Shown one piece after another: positions 9,386 to 18,209 of a stretch of 54,701 nt of DNA. The DNA lies in IMG/VR virus record IMGVR_UViG_3300045988_148989. One strand, written 5' to 3'. The notes beneath the pieces are model-generated. The model had not been told where the DNA came from. It did no database searches and saw only the letters and a program-made list of their open reading frames with translations. A program made the translations under genes and the position numbers. The stretch's first letter is position 1, and each line of letters starts with the position of its first letter. Source of the stretch: a virus.

Positions 9386-9793
9386 ATGCTATATTTAAGT
9401 TATAAAATAAAAAAGGAGTGCTATTTGTTGAAGATTCAAAAAAGTATTAATACAAAGGATATAGGAGCGAAGATAAAACATTTAAGAAAAATGCGATCAA
9501 TGACACAAGATGAATTAGGTGTTGTCTTAGGTGGCTTGTCTAGAGGGCAAATATCTAATCTAGAGACAGGAAGAAGAAATTTAAACATTCATCAGATTAA
9601 GACTCTTGCAGATTATTTTAATGTATCCTTAGAAACATTAGGACTTGTTACAAATGAGATTGAAACCGTTGATTTATTGGAACGTGCAAGAATGATATTT
9701 GAGAATGAGGTCATACCACTAGAAGAAAAACAAGAACTGTATGAAAGTGTGATGAAACTGTATCTTGAAGCAAAAGAACAAGCAAAAAAATGA
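9386..9793 (+). CDS. cI: cI-like XRE-family repressor. The probable true start is TTG at about 9424, after an AAAGGAG RBS.
   Basis: HTH (MTQDELGVVLGGLSRGQISNLETG) and a C-terminal dimerization-like helix. Plus strand, opposite to cro. Confidence 0.7.
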   Translation: MLYLSYKIKKECYLLKIQKSINTKDIGAKIKHLRKMRSMTQDELGVVLGGLSRGQISNLETGRRNLNIHQIKTLADYFNVSLETLGLVTNEIETVDLLERARMIFENEVIPLEEKQELYESVMKLYLEAKEQAKK

Positions 9794-9812
9794 GAAGCAT
9801 TGTATACGCTTC

Positions 9813-10019
9813 TCATAACCATATGTTTTTCTTATCTTTTTTTAATTTCTTGATTTCATCTTTTGAATAAAATAATGCTTCATCTTTGAATATTTTGTTA
9901 CAAGTATCATATAGATTTTTTAGGTTCTCTTTTGTTTGTATTGATGGGTTTATGAAGTTTATTGTTGTATTGCCTATCTGCACTTTTACCACCTCAAAGA
10001 TATGTATGTTGTGTATCAA
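9813..10019 (-). CDS. Hypothetical small protein between cI and int (possible RDF or regulator).
   Basis: 68-aa minus-strand ORF with a copy of the dispersed motif just upstream. Confidence 0.3.
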   Translation of the reverse strand: MIHNIHIFEVVKVQIGNTTINFINPSIQTKENLKNLYDTCNKIFKDEALFYSKDEIKKLKKDKKNIWL

Positions 10020-10052
10020 TCATTTATGTATGAATACTTTATAATTAAATAT

Positions 10053-10065
10053 TAACTATTTGAAT
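10053..10065 (+). promoter_or_regulatory. Dispersed motif copy 6 (taactatttgaat) between gene 9813..10019 and int.
   Basis: Core ACTATTTGAA. Confidence 0.45.
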
Positions 10066-10083
10066 ACTTTATTACAATAAGGA

Positions 10084-11949
10084 ATGAATATAAAAAATAT
10101 GACAATTACACCAATTTTTGAAGAAATAGATTTAATGCTACTAAGGAAATCAAGAACGGACGACACAAAAGAACCAATAGAAATAACATTGAAAAGACAT
10201 GAGGAACAATTACAAGAACTCTCTATAAAGACAACAGGAAAGCCAATAAAAGAAGAAAATATATATAGGGAGATTGTATCGGGTGGAGAGAATATAAAAG
10301 ACAGACCCGATTTCTTGAGATTATTAAGACGGCTTGAAAGTGGAAATATAAAGCGTGTTTGGTGCATGGATCCCGAACGTTTAAGTAGAAGTGGAATATA
10401 TGGTGCAGGTGATGTTTTAAAGATATTTGATATTACTAATACATTGATTGCAACCATTGAGCAGATTTATGACTTAAAGAATCCAATGGATAAGAAATAC
10501 TTAGAAATGCGTATGATTCAATCAGCAGAGTATAGAAACTATTCAAAAGATGTAATGAATAGAGGTAGACATAAATCTGTTAGAGATGGCTATTATATTG
10601 GTAGTTCTGCACCTTTTGGATATAAAAGAAAGCAATTGCCACAAGAAAAGAATAGATTCATACTAGAACCTCATGAAGATGAATCAATAACAGTCAAATT
10701 GATGTTTGAAATGCTTCTTGAAGGTGTTGGAACATCTAATCTAGCCAATCATTTAAACAAGTACAAATATAAGGCACGTAAGAATGAGTTTTGGACTCCT
10801 GCAATGGTTAGGAATATAGTAACATCAGAAGTCTATTGTGGCTATAACACATGGGAAAAATTCAAGACTGTTGAAGAAATTATTAATGGTGAGATAGTAA
10901 AGAAAAGGAAATTAAATGAGGATTATTATATATACAAAGGCAAGCATAAAGCATTGATAAGTGAAGAAGAATTTAAGCACGTTCAAGAGATATTGAAGTC
11001 ACACCCTTCTTCTAAATGCAGTTTAAATAAAAAGCCTTCAAATCCTCTTGCAGGAATCATGATATGTAAGAAATGTGGTAGGCACATGGTAAGAAGACCG
11101 TACACCGAAAAGCATTTAAAACACGGATATAGAAAATATAAATATGATAAACAGGAACTATTAGACTTTATGAGAAAATCAAAAGAAGATAGCAAACTTT
11201 CATTAACTCAAATTGCTAAGAAAATGAACGTATCAACAGATACTGTAAAGGGTTGGTTTCCTACTAAGATAGAAAGATTCTATGATGGTAAGAATTTGAG
11301 TGATAATTGGTTTAAACTGAAAGAAGTGCTAAATATTCAAGAAACAAAATGGGATAAGATAATAACCACTTATAAGAAGAAAGTGAAACAGAATGATAGT
11401 TTAATATGCATTACACCGTTTTGTGATAATGTATCTAGTGAATTACAACTAGTTGAAAAAAGGCTCTTACAAGCCTTAGAAATACAATTAAACGACTTTA
11501 AATATTATGTTGATAATTATGAGCAAGAAATAATAAAAGAAGCAAAAGACAATGCTAAAACATTAAACAAGATAGAAAAACAGATTGAAGAATTAAAGAA
11601 GGAATTGAAAAACCTAAGAAGATCATACAATAGAGAAGAATTTACATATGACGAATATGTTGAGGATAAAACAGATATAGAAAACGAATTAAAAGAGATT
11701 GAACAAACAAAAGAAGAAATATTAAAAGACACTAACCAAGATAAAATAATGAGATATAAAAAAGGCATCCCAATATTAGCGGATACCCTAAAAAAATATG
11801 ACACGCTAAGTATACAGGAAAAGAACGAATTGTTAAAGGATATTTTCATAAAGGTTGAATATGAAAAAAATGAGGGTGGGAGATGGAACAAAGAAGCAAT
11901 TGATAAATTCACGCTTACACCTTACTTAAAAATCCTAACAAACGAATAA
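10084..11949 (+). CDS. int: Large serine recombinase (integrase).
   Basis: 621 aa. An N-terminal resolvase-like motif (LLRKSRTDD), a recombinase domain, a zinc ribbon (CKKCGRHM) and a C-terminal coiled coil. Confidence 0.85.
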   Translation: MNIKNMTITPIFEEIDLMLLRKSRTDDTKEPIEITLKRHEEQLQELSIKTTGKPIKEENIYREIVSGGENIKDRPDFLRLLRRLESGNIKRVWCMDPERLSRSGIYGAGDVLKIFDITNTLIATIEQIYDLKNPMDKKYLEMRMIQSAEYRNYSKDVMNRGRHKSVRDGYYIGSSAPFGYKRKQLPQEKNRFILEPHEDESITVKLMFEMLLEGVGTSNLANHLNKYKYKARKNEFWTPAMVRNIVTSEVYCGYNTWEKFKTVEEIINGEIVKKRKLNEDYYIYKGKHKALISEEEFKHVQEILKSHPSSKCSLNKKPSNPLAGIMICKKCGRHMVRRPYTEKHLKHGYRKYKYDKQELLDFMRKSKEDSKLSLTQIAKKMNVSTDTVKGWFPTKIERFYDGKNLSDNWFKLKEVLNIQETKWDKIITTYKKKVKQNDSLICITPFCDNVSSELQLVEKRLLQALEIQLNDFKYYVDNYEQEIIKEAKDNAKTLNKIEKQIEELKKELKNLRRSYNREEFTYDEYVEDKTDIENELKEIEQTKEEILKDTNQDKIMRYKKGIPILADTLKKYDTLSIQEKNELLKDIFIKVEYEKNEGGRWNKEAIDKFTLTPYLKILTNE

Positions 11950-11960
11950 AGCAAAAAAAG

Positions 11961-11990
11961 AAACCCTTGATTTTAAAGGGTTTTTTTGTT
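11961..11990 (+). terminator. Intrinsic terminator after int (palindromic, possibly bidirectional).
   Basis: AAACCCTT-gatttt-AAGGGTTT followed by TTTTTG. Confidence 0.6.
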
Positions 11991-12057
11991 GGGGTTTATC
12001 ACCTATATATAAAATGTGTGTACTCTTACGTATATTCATTATATAAATGATTTACAC

Positions 12058-12083
12058 AATAAAAAAAGAGTGCCTAGCACTCT
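12058..12083 (-). terminator. Intrinsic terminator for gene 12074..12670. The stop codon lies in the hairpin loop.
   Basis: AGAGTGC-cta-GCACTCT with a T-run on the minus strand. Confidence 0.6.
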
Positions 12084-12670
12084 TTTATAAACCACACTTT
12101 TCCATGATCTGCTTTCACATCTCTTTGTAGATATACATAATATGCTCCATGTAATGTATGTGCTATATCACTTGTGCTACAGTCATATGAGTAGATATTG
12201 AAATCTCCATCAATATGCATTACATATTCAGCATTTTTTGGTTCTTCTGTTGGTGTATCAGAAATTAATACATCAGTATCTCCATCACCATATCCATTGG
12301 AAATATTAAATTGAAAACTATCATTTCCGATTTTTACACAACCAACATCACTATAAGTTTTCACTACTTTAAACGGCTTGATCTCCTTCAAATCCTCATT
12401 TTTGAGGATTTCAATATATTTATGAGTATCAGCAATAAATGCAAATCCACTTTGAACGATCCAACATAATCTTCCATCAAAATTATTATTTTTGATTTCA
12501 TCAAAATTAATAATTTCAAAATTTGAATTAAGTTTTAAGTAATCCAATGTGTTTAGCATTGGCTTTTTGCCATTACTTAAATCATATAGACAACGAAATA
12601 TCTCACTGTTTTCTTTTTTTCCTTCTCCGATTATCATAATAAAATCATCATTAACTCTGTAAGTATTCAT
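12074..12670 (-). CDS. Hypothetical protein in its own transcription unit (moron-like).
   Basis: 198 aa with its own promoter and terminator. Confidence 0.5.
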   Translation of the reverse strand: MNTYRVNDDFIMIIGEGKKENSEIFRCLYDLSNGKKPMLNTLDYLKLNSNFEIINFDEIKNNNFDGRLCWIVQSGFAFIADTHKYIEILKNEDLKEIKPFKVVKTYSDVGCVKIGNDSFQFNISNGYGDGDTDVLISDTPTEEPKNAEYVMHIDGDFNIYSYDCSTSDIAHTLHGAYYVYLQRDVKADHGKVWFIKEC

Positions 12671-12714
12671 ATTCTTTTCTCCTTAGGGGGTTACCCTTTT
12701 CTTTCTACAAGTAA

Positions 12715-12743
12715 ATTATACTATATGTATTACATATAGTCAA
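12715..12743 (-). promoter_or_regulatory. Promoter of the conserved family: TTGACT-N17-TATAAT with the palindrome ATATGTAATACATAT in the spacer.
   Basis: Read on the minus strand, followed by the AAGGAG RBS of 12074..12670. Confidence 0.65.
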
Positions 12744-12761
12744 GCATTTTTAAACTTTTTT

Positions 12762-12793
12762 TAACAAAAATAAAAGGAGTGAATCATCACTCC
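12762..12793 (-). terminator. Intrinsic terminator.
   Basis: GGAGTGA-tgat-TCACTCC plus TTTTATTTTTG on the minus strand. Confidence 0.6.
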
Positions 12794-12797
12794 ATAA

Positions 12798-13106
12798 TTA
12801 GAATACAAAAGTATATCCCTTGTATTCATTATTCACTTTTTCAATCTCAGCGCTCATTTCATTAAGGACTTTTGAAAGTCTTTTCATAGCGCATGTGTCT
12901 AAACCAACTAAATTGGTAAAAGTTAAACAGAACTCCACATTGTAAGTCTGATTAATATTCAATTTTTCACCTTTTAACTGCACACGTGCAATTCTAATGC
13001 CTAGGCTATTTTTGAACAAGCACATTTCTAACTTGTCTCTCAAGTCTTTCTTGATTTCGCTTACTTCTTTAAATGTCATTCTTTTTAATAGTTCTTCGTT
13101 TGTCAT
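12798..13106 (-). CDS. Hypothetical protein (moron-like unit).
   Basis: 102-aa ORF flanked by a promoter and a terminator. Confidence 0.5.
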   Translation of the reverse strand: MTNEELLKRMTFKEVSEIKKDLRDKLEMCLFKNSLGIRIARVQLKGEKLNINQTYNVEFCLTFTNLVGLDTCAMKRLSKVLNEMSAEIEKVNNEYKGYTFVF

Positions 13107-13150
13107 AATTAATCTCCTTTAGGGGGTTGCCCTTTCTTCTTTACAAGTAT

Positions 13151-13179
13151 ATTGTATATGTATTACATATAAATGTCAA
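13151..13179 (-). promoter_or_regulatory. Promoter of the conserved family: TTGACA-N17-TACAAT with the palindrome in the spacer.
   Basis: Minus-strand reading upstream of 12798..13106. Confidence 0.65.
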
Positions 13180-13208
13180 GCGCATATAGCAAATTTTTAT
13201 GATTTTTT

Positions 13209-13235
13209 TCAATAAAAAAAGCACTTGTTAGTGCT
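13209..13235 (-). terminator. Intrinsic terminator.
   Basis: AGCAC-taacaa-GTGCT plus TTTTTTATTG on the minus strand. Confidence 0.55.
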
Positions 13236-13554
13236 TTGCTCTTTCTGCTCTTAATAGCAGTTTTAATTCATTTATTTTCTTTTTTTGATTGATACACATT
13301 TCTCTATACCTTTGTGCATCTGCATCATTTAAAATACCACTTTTCTTATACTCCTTATTTCTTTTTCTTAGGTTCTTATTTTCATATTTGAGCCTTTTGA
13401 TTTCCTTTTCTAAGTCTCCTATTTCATCTAAAAGACCATCATAGTCTTTTTCTAATCGTTCTACATACTCTTTATAATACTTATACTTTTCTGTAGTAAC
13501 GATAGCATTCAATTCTTTATCGTTGTATTCCATATTATAATCCTCCGTATTCAA
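13228..13554 (-). CDS. Hypothetical coiled-coil protein.
   Basis: 108 aa, rich in K/E heptads. Confidence 0.45.
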   Translation of the reverse strand: MNTEDYNMEYNDKELNAIVTTEKYKYYKEYVERLEKDYDGLLDEIGDLEKEIKRLKYENKNLRKRNKEYKKSGILNDADAQRYREMCINQKKKINELKLLLRAERAKH

Positions 13555-13720
13555 TTAAAAGATATGAGTTAATCAAAAAGATTATTGGTAATCCAATCAT
13601 GAATAATAATGATGTAAAACAGATGTCAAAATCTTGAATAGTTAACATCATAATACAAATTATTGAATTGATAATAAGAAGTAGGTTTGTCACCCACTTT
13701 TTGAATCTTAATTTCTTCAT
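13535..13720 (-). CDS. Small membrane protein.
   Basis: 61 aa with two predicted TM helices. Confidence 0.4.
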   Translation of the reverse strand: MKKLRFKKWVTNLLLIINSIICIMMLTIQDFDICFTSLLFMIGLPIIFLINSYLLIEYGGL

Positions 13721-13941
13721 ACTTTATCCCTCTTTTCTTTATAACAACGTTCGCATAAAACGGTTCTTGTAAATGACTTAAAGCCTATAGGCTCTACGAC
13801 ATAGTACATTTTACCATCTCCATAATAATCACAAACAAGATCTACAATCCTTACATCAAAATCACCATCACCAAGTCCATCATCTAATTTTACTTGCTCA
13901 CCAATTTTAAAATACTTCATTTTTTTGCTCTCCTTTTCCAT
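13717..13941 (-). CDS. Hypothetical protein.
   Basis: 74-aa ORF. Confidence 0.4.
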   Translation of the reverse strand: MEKESKKMKYFKIGEQVKLDDGLGDGDFDVRIVDLVCDYYGDGKMYYVVEPIGFKSFTRTVLCERCYKEKRDKV

Positions 13942-13968
13942 TTTTTAAACTAGTTATTCAATATACTT

Positions 13969-14250
13969 TTAGGCTTTATGACCACCTATAAATAAATAAT
14001 CACTATAATCATGATTGCCCGCTAAATAATAGAAATGTATATGGTTTTTTCTATCATAACGATATTTGCAATTAATATCTTGATATACTCCTCTGTATAC
14101 TTCTTCTTGATAAACACTATTTGTATTGGCTTTAACTTTTCCCAAAGGGTAATCTCTAAAGAAAAAGTCTTCACCAAATAACTCCAACAAATCACTACTT
14201 ACATAAACTCTTACTTGTGCTGATTTGTTTGTATTTACTTTTCTTTTCAT
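13969..14250 (-). CDS. Hypothetical protein.
   Basis: 93-aa ORF. Confidence 0.45.
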   Translation of the reverse strand: MKRKVNTNKSAQVRVYVSSDLLELFGEDFFFRDYPLGKVKANTNSVYQEEVYRGVYQDINCKYRYDRKNHIHFYYLAGNHDYSDYLFIGGHKA

Positions 14251-14311
14251 TTTGTGTGTCTCCTTTATTTAAAATTAGTGTTTTTGAGTGTTATCGCTTC
14301 ACTTAATTTAA

Positions 14312-14557
14312 TTATTTGATTTTGATTAATTTACATGACTTCTTTAAACAATCACAACCAATTGGGAATTCATATTCATCTGATAAAGTCCAATATGTTT
14401 CTTTCCCACATATTGCACAAGTATCACTATATTTATTTTTTGAAACTCTTACTGTATTACCTTCTTGAGTATCATTTTCTTCAAACACCTGTCTATTTTT
14501 TAAGATTTTTTCAATCTTGTATAATCCTTCTTTCATTTTACTTACCTCCTTTAGCAC
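14312..14557 (-). CDS. Hypothetical Cys-containing protein (possible zinc ribbon).
   Basis: 81 aa with CAICGKE...CDC. Confidence 0.4.
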   Translation of the reverse strand: MLKEVSKMKEGLYKIEKILKNRQVFEENDTQEGNTVRVSKNKYSDTCAICGKETYWTLSDEYEFPIGCDCLKKSCKLIKIK

Positions 14558-14733
14558 TCAACCATGAATTCATTATCTAATTCAATCATTGCACTGTTGT
14601 AATCACCACGCTCAATATTAGTTATTGCTTTCATTGGTGTGTGATTGAATTTTAAGAAATCTCTAATTTCATAATACTTGTAATCTTCAAAACTTAATTC
14701 TTTTAAACGCTCTTTGATTTGTTTGATTTTCAT
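14551..14733 (-). CDS. Hypothetical small protein.
   Basis: 60-aa ORF, first gene after the promoter at 14762. Confidence 0.4.
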   Translation of the reverse strand: MKIKQIKERLKELSFEDYKYYEIRDFLKFNHTPMKAITNIERGDYNSAMIELDNEFMVEC

Positions 14734-14761
14734 TTTGATTACCTCTCCTCTTTACAAGTAC

Positions 14762-14790
14762 ATTATACTATATGTATTACATATAATCAA
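14762..14790 (-). promoter_or_regulatory. Promoter of the conserved family: TTGATT-N17-TATAAT with the palindrome.
   Basis: Minus-strand reading, followed by the conserved GTACTTGTAAAG leader. Confidence 0.65.
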
Positions 14791-14815
14791 GCCTTTTTTT
14801 ACATTTTTTGACAAA

Positions 14816-14854
14816 AATAAAAAGAGTGTTTTACCACTCTTTTTTTTATTTAAT
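14816..14854. terminator. Bidirectional intrinsic terminator.
   Basis: AGAGTG-ttttac-CACTCT with an A-run on one side and a T-run on the other. Confidence 0.55.
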
Positions 14855-14960
14855 CACATTCAATTAACAACATTATAGTAATAGTGACAACCTAATAAAT
14901 GCGATTAAAAATGAGCATAATTTCAATCGCAAACATTTTCGTCCACGTTATTTTCAATCA

Positions 14961-14992
14961 CAAATAAAAAAGAGTAGTTTTATAACTACTCT
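14961..14992 (-). terminator. Intrinsic terminator at the end of the lysis cassette.
   Basis: AGAGTAGTT-ttat-AACTACTCT plus TTTTTTAT on the minus strand. It overlaps the stop of 14986..15246. Confidence 0.6.
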
Positions 14993-15246
14993 TCGTTAGT
15001 GATTTCTAACTTTGTTTCAACTTTTCCAACTCGTGATTTTAAATCATCAATCTCTATACCATGCTTTTCTAGTCTTTTGTTCTGTACTGCTTCATCTTCT
15101 TTAATGTGCTCAATGCAACTGTTTAACTTTTCAATGACTATTTTTAATTCATTGATTGGTTGTGTAAACTTATTGATGATTGCAACAAAAGAACCTAATG
15201 TAATCAATGTTAGAACAACATTACCAACAAATTGTGCTTCATTCAT
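14986..15246 (-). CDS. Small membrane-anchored coiled-coil protein of the lysis cassette (XhlA-like?).
   Basis: 86 aa with an N-terminal TM (VVLTLITLGSFVAII) and a C-terminal coiled coil, adjacent to the holin. Confidence 0.4.
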   Translation of the reverse strand: MNEAQFVGNVVLTLITLGSFVAIINKFTQPINELKIVIEKLNSCIEHIKEDEAVQNKRLEKHGIEIDDLKSRVGKVETKLEITNEE

Positions 15247-15256
15247 ATGAACACCT

Positions 15257-15514
15257 CTATTCTTTGTTGATTACTTGTTTAAACGCTTGATGTAATCCTG
15301 TTGATGCTAAGCCACTGAATAAGCCACCTAATAGAATATCGGGTGTGAAACTCATATTGATCCATACATTTAATACAATTCCTAGAATTGCCATAATCAA
15401 CGGAATGTATTTGTTATCAATCTTAGGAATGCTTGTTTTAATGACAAACCCAACACATAAACAAATGCCAACAATCACACATACTAAATAATTAGTTAAA
15501 AAATCTAAACTCAT
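15257..15514 (-). CDS. Holin (TcdE/phage_holin_4-like).
   Basis: 85 aa with three hydrophobic helices and a charged C-terminus. Confidence 0.7.
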   Translation of the reverse strand: MSLDFLTNYLVCVIVGICLCVGFVIKTSIPKIDNKYIPLIMAILGIVLNVWINMSFTPDILLGGLFSGLASTGLHQAFKQVINKE

Positions 15515-15528
15515 GCTTAATACCCCCT

Positions 15529-17139
15529 TTACAATGTGATAGTTCCTATATTTGTAACCGTATTATCTACGTCTACAGGCTGATTTACAAAGTTACCCAT
15601 AAGCAACTGTTTTCCACTTGCTTTAATGCTTGTACCACTATTTATATTAATTTCGTTATATAGTACCTTTTTGCAAGAATAGCAGCCATAACATGTACCT
15701 GTTGCATTCTCGATATTAAATTTACTATTTGAAACACTCTGACAAGCATAAGCACCATATAATGTACCATAAGCACCATTTATATATACATTGATATTTT
15801 CATGGTTGCCACCATATAAACTATATATAGTTTGTGAACTACTTTGTACTGCTTTTATATTAGCGTTCTTGATAGTCACATTATCTGTACAACTCATTAT
15901 TGCTAGTGTTGTATCAGTTAAAGTTATGTTTGGTATAGTCGCTCTTGAAAAGTCAACTATTACTCTTCTTTTTGATGTTGTATCACTATTAAAATCAAAT
16001 ACATGATTGTCAATAGAAGAAGCAATACCTAATGTTCCATTGACTGAAATATACAACTGCGAATTATCTTGAGCACTTGCATAATTTCCAACCCCATTCA
16101 AGAAGTTTTTGACCATTGTTGATAATGTTTTATTGTCATTATCTCCCGTTGCTTCATATACATATTCACCAATAGCATTTACTTCTTCTTCTAACTTATC
16201 AACTCTTGTAACAGTGCTTTCTGCAATTGTTCCCTCAACACATTTTTTGTTTACAAACTCTATTCTTGTACCGATTCTATCCAATTCATTTGTAAATATA
16301 ACTTGTGTTCCTTGAGCGTTTATACTAAATTCATCTTTTGCTAGTACAAAGCCATTTACACGAATTTCTAATACATCAAGAGAATTGTTTACAAAGTTGA
16401 TTGTGCTAGGTATCGTGAAAGTCTTTTCACCTTGTGCAACTGTTGCGTATATTGCTTTATATTCTCTATAAAGGTTTGCTGATTTAACAGTATCCTTGAT
16501 AGTATCGAACCATATATCAAAGTCACTTTTCTGTGTTGTCTCCCAATTTGTGAAACTCTTGCTTGTCTCATTGATAAATGTATCTTGAGCATCTTTATAT
16601 TGATTGAATAATGTTGTTGTATCAAACTGCTCAATTAGTCCGACAATCCAACCACAAACATCATTATTTGATCGTGTATCTTCAATCATTGAATTTGTGA
16701 TTGATGTTGTATTCTTGTTCACAATGATATTTGCTAAACATATCTCGTATGTTGTTTCATCTCTTGTTAATGATGGTGGTGTAGGTGTTGAGGATAACTC
16801 ACCTTCCAACAATTTAACGTGTGTTAAACGTGTGCTATTGTCTCTTGAGATTACAATTCTATCAATCCTATTCAAGATTACATCACTTGAAGGAATATCA
16901 ATTGTATAATCCTTATCAATCTCAAACCAATTATTTCCTACCTTGCCTCTACCCGATTTAACAATAACCTTCATTCCTGTACTTTCAACAATCTGACAGG
17001 CATCTGAAACCGTTGCAAATATTCCATTATCGGAAATCAAGCCTTTGAAATAGTCATTAACCTGTTCTGCCGTATATGTTCTATCAGGTTCATTATCAAC
17101 CATAATTGCATTGAAAAATCCACTATTTAATTCAATCAT
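15529..17139 (-). CDS. Receptor-binding / tail fibre protein with a pectate-lyase-like beta-helix.
   Basis: 536 aa. The C-terminal portion shows beta-helix repeats (NIKAVQSS...NINVYINGAYGT...CYGCYSC). Confidence 0.55.
   Translation of the reverse strand: MIELNSGFFNAIMVDNEPDRTYTAEQVNDYFKGLISDNGIFATVSDACQIVESTGMKVIVKSGRGKVGNNWFEIDKDYTIDIPSSDVILNRIDRIVISRDNSTRLTHVKLLEGELSSTPTPPSLTRDETTYEICLANIIVNKNTTSITNSMIEDTRSNNDVCGWIVGLIEQFDTTTLFNQYKDAQDTFINETSKSFTNWETTQKSDFDIWFDTIKDTVKSANLYREYKAIYATVAQGEKTFTIPSTINFVNNSLDVLEIRVNGFVLAKDEFSINAQGTQVIFTNELDRIGTRIEFVNKKCVEGTIAESTVTRVDKLEEEVNAIGEYVYEATGDNDNKTLSTMVKNFLNGVGNYASAQDNSQLYISVNGTLGIASSIDNHVFDFNSDTTSKRRVIVDFSRATIPNITLTDTTLAIMSCTDNVTIKNANIKAVQSSSQTIYSLYGGNHENINVYINGAYGTLYGAYACQSVSNSKFNIENATGTCYGCYSCKKVLYNEININSGTSIKASGKQLLMGNFVNQPVDVDNTVTNIGTITL
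15721..15734 (+). promoter_or_regulatory. Dispersed motif copy 7 (tttactatttgaaa) inside the RBP gene 3' region, about 200 bp upstream of the holin.
   Basis: Core ACTATTTGAA. Confidence 0.45.
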
Positions 17140-17154
17140 CTATTGCACCCCCTT

Positions 17155-18207
17155 CTATAATCCAAAAGTTAAAACTGTCTGTTTTCTGTTCTTGTCATAA
17201 CTCTCTATCACTTCTATAATTCTAGCATTTATATACATATTATTCCATTTAGTTTTCATAATACTCACAATATCACCAATGTATATATCGCCATTTTTTC
17301 CATATGTATATCCACTCAATGAAACACTGCCATCAAAAGCCGTTGTTATTGTTGTAAGGTTTTCTAATCCTTCCTCTAACATCTGTTCTTTTATTTCTGC
17401 TTCTGATATTTCACCGTTGTTTGTAGACATGTTTCTTTGGTCAACCCATAACTCAAAGCGTTTCAATCCTTTAGGCTCAATACCATTATAGGCTTTCACT
17501 ATTCTTCTATCAATTCCTTCTCCTTCACCTGCTACATAAGCAATGTTTTTTAATGTTGAAGTCTGATATACATAAGTTACTTCTTTTAAATTGTCATATT
17601 CATCACTGAATATAACCCATGGATTCTCATTCTGTGCATATGACCTATCAATACCTTTATACATTTCATAGTATAATTTATCATCTCTTAAAGGCATTCT
17701 AAAGCCTATTCCTTTAGATTCACATATTTCTTCTATCTTATCTAAAAGGTTTGCTCCTGTTATTTGTATTTCTATCTTTTCATCTATCGAATTATCAATA
17801 GCACCTAATTTTACAAAACTGATATTTCTATTGGTATCTGTTGCATTGATCATATTCATTTCAATTAGATTTCTGCATTGATATTGAGCGTTACCACTCA
17901 AGATAGTTTGTTGAGATACAACCCTACTATTCAACACATAACCCTCTGCAAATTTTCCTGTTACTTTTATCTTGTCTCCATCTTCTGTATTGCTTACTAT
18001 CTCATAATCCTCAATGATTCCAACATTGTCTTCATCATCATCTCTTACAACATATAAGCCACTCTTGATTAATGATAGATAATAATCTGTAACTGTTGTA
18101 TGTAGTTCAAAATCACCACTCTTATAATATCTAGTAGCCCATATCAATTCAGCGTTTTCAATCAATCCTAATCTTTCAAAATTCTCATTCTCTATGATTA
18201 CATCCAT
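17155..18207 (-). CDS. Tal-like tail tip/baseplate protein.
   Basis: 350 aa, placed between Dit and the RBP. Confidence 0.45.
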   Translation of the reverse strand: MDVIIENENFERLGLIENAELIWATRYYKSGDFELHTTVTDYYLSLIKSGLYVVRDDDEDNVGIIEDYEIVSNTEDGDKIKVTGKFAEGYVLNSRVVSQQTILSGNAQYQCRNLIEMNMINATDTNRNISFVKLGAIDNSIDEKIEIQITGANLLDKIEEICESKGIGFRMPLRDDKLYYEMYKGIDRSYAQNENPWVIFSDEYDNLKEVTYVYQTSTLKNIAYVAGEGEGIDRRIVKAYNGIEPKGLKRFELWVDQRNMSTNNGEISEAEIKEQMLEEGLENLTTITTAFDGSVSLSGYTYGKNGDIYIGDIVSIMKTKWNNMYINARIIEVIESYDKNRKQTVLTFGL

Positions 18208-18209
18208 AA

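Noticed and set aside
10056-10457. 133-aa minus-strand ORF overlapping the integrase start.
   Set aside because: It is antisense to a well-supported serine recombinase, has no RBS and is hydrophobic low-complexity.
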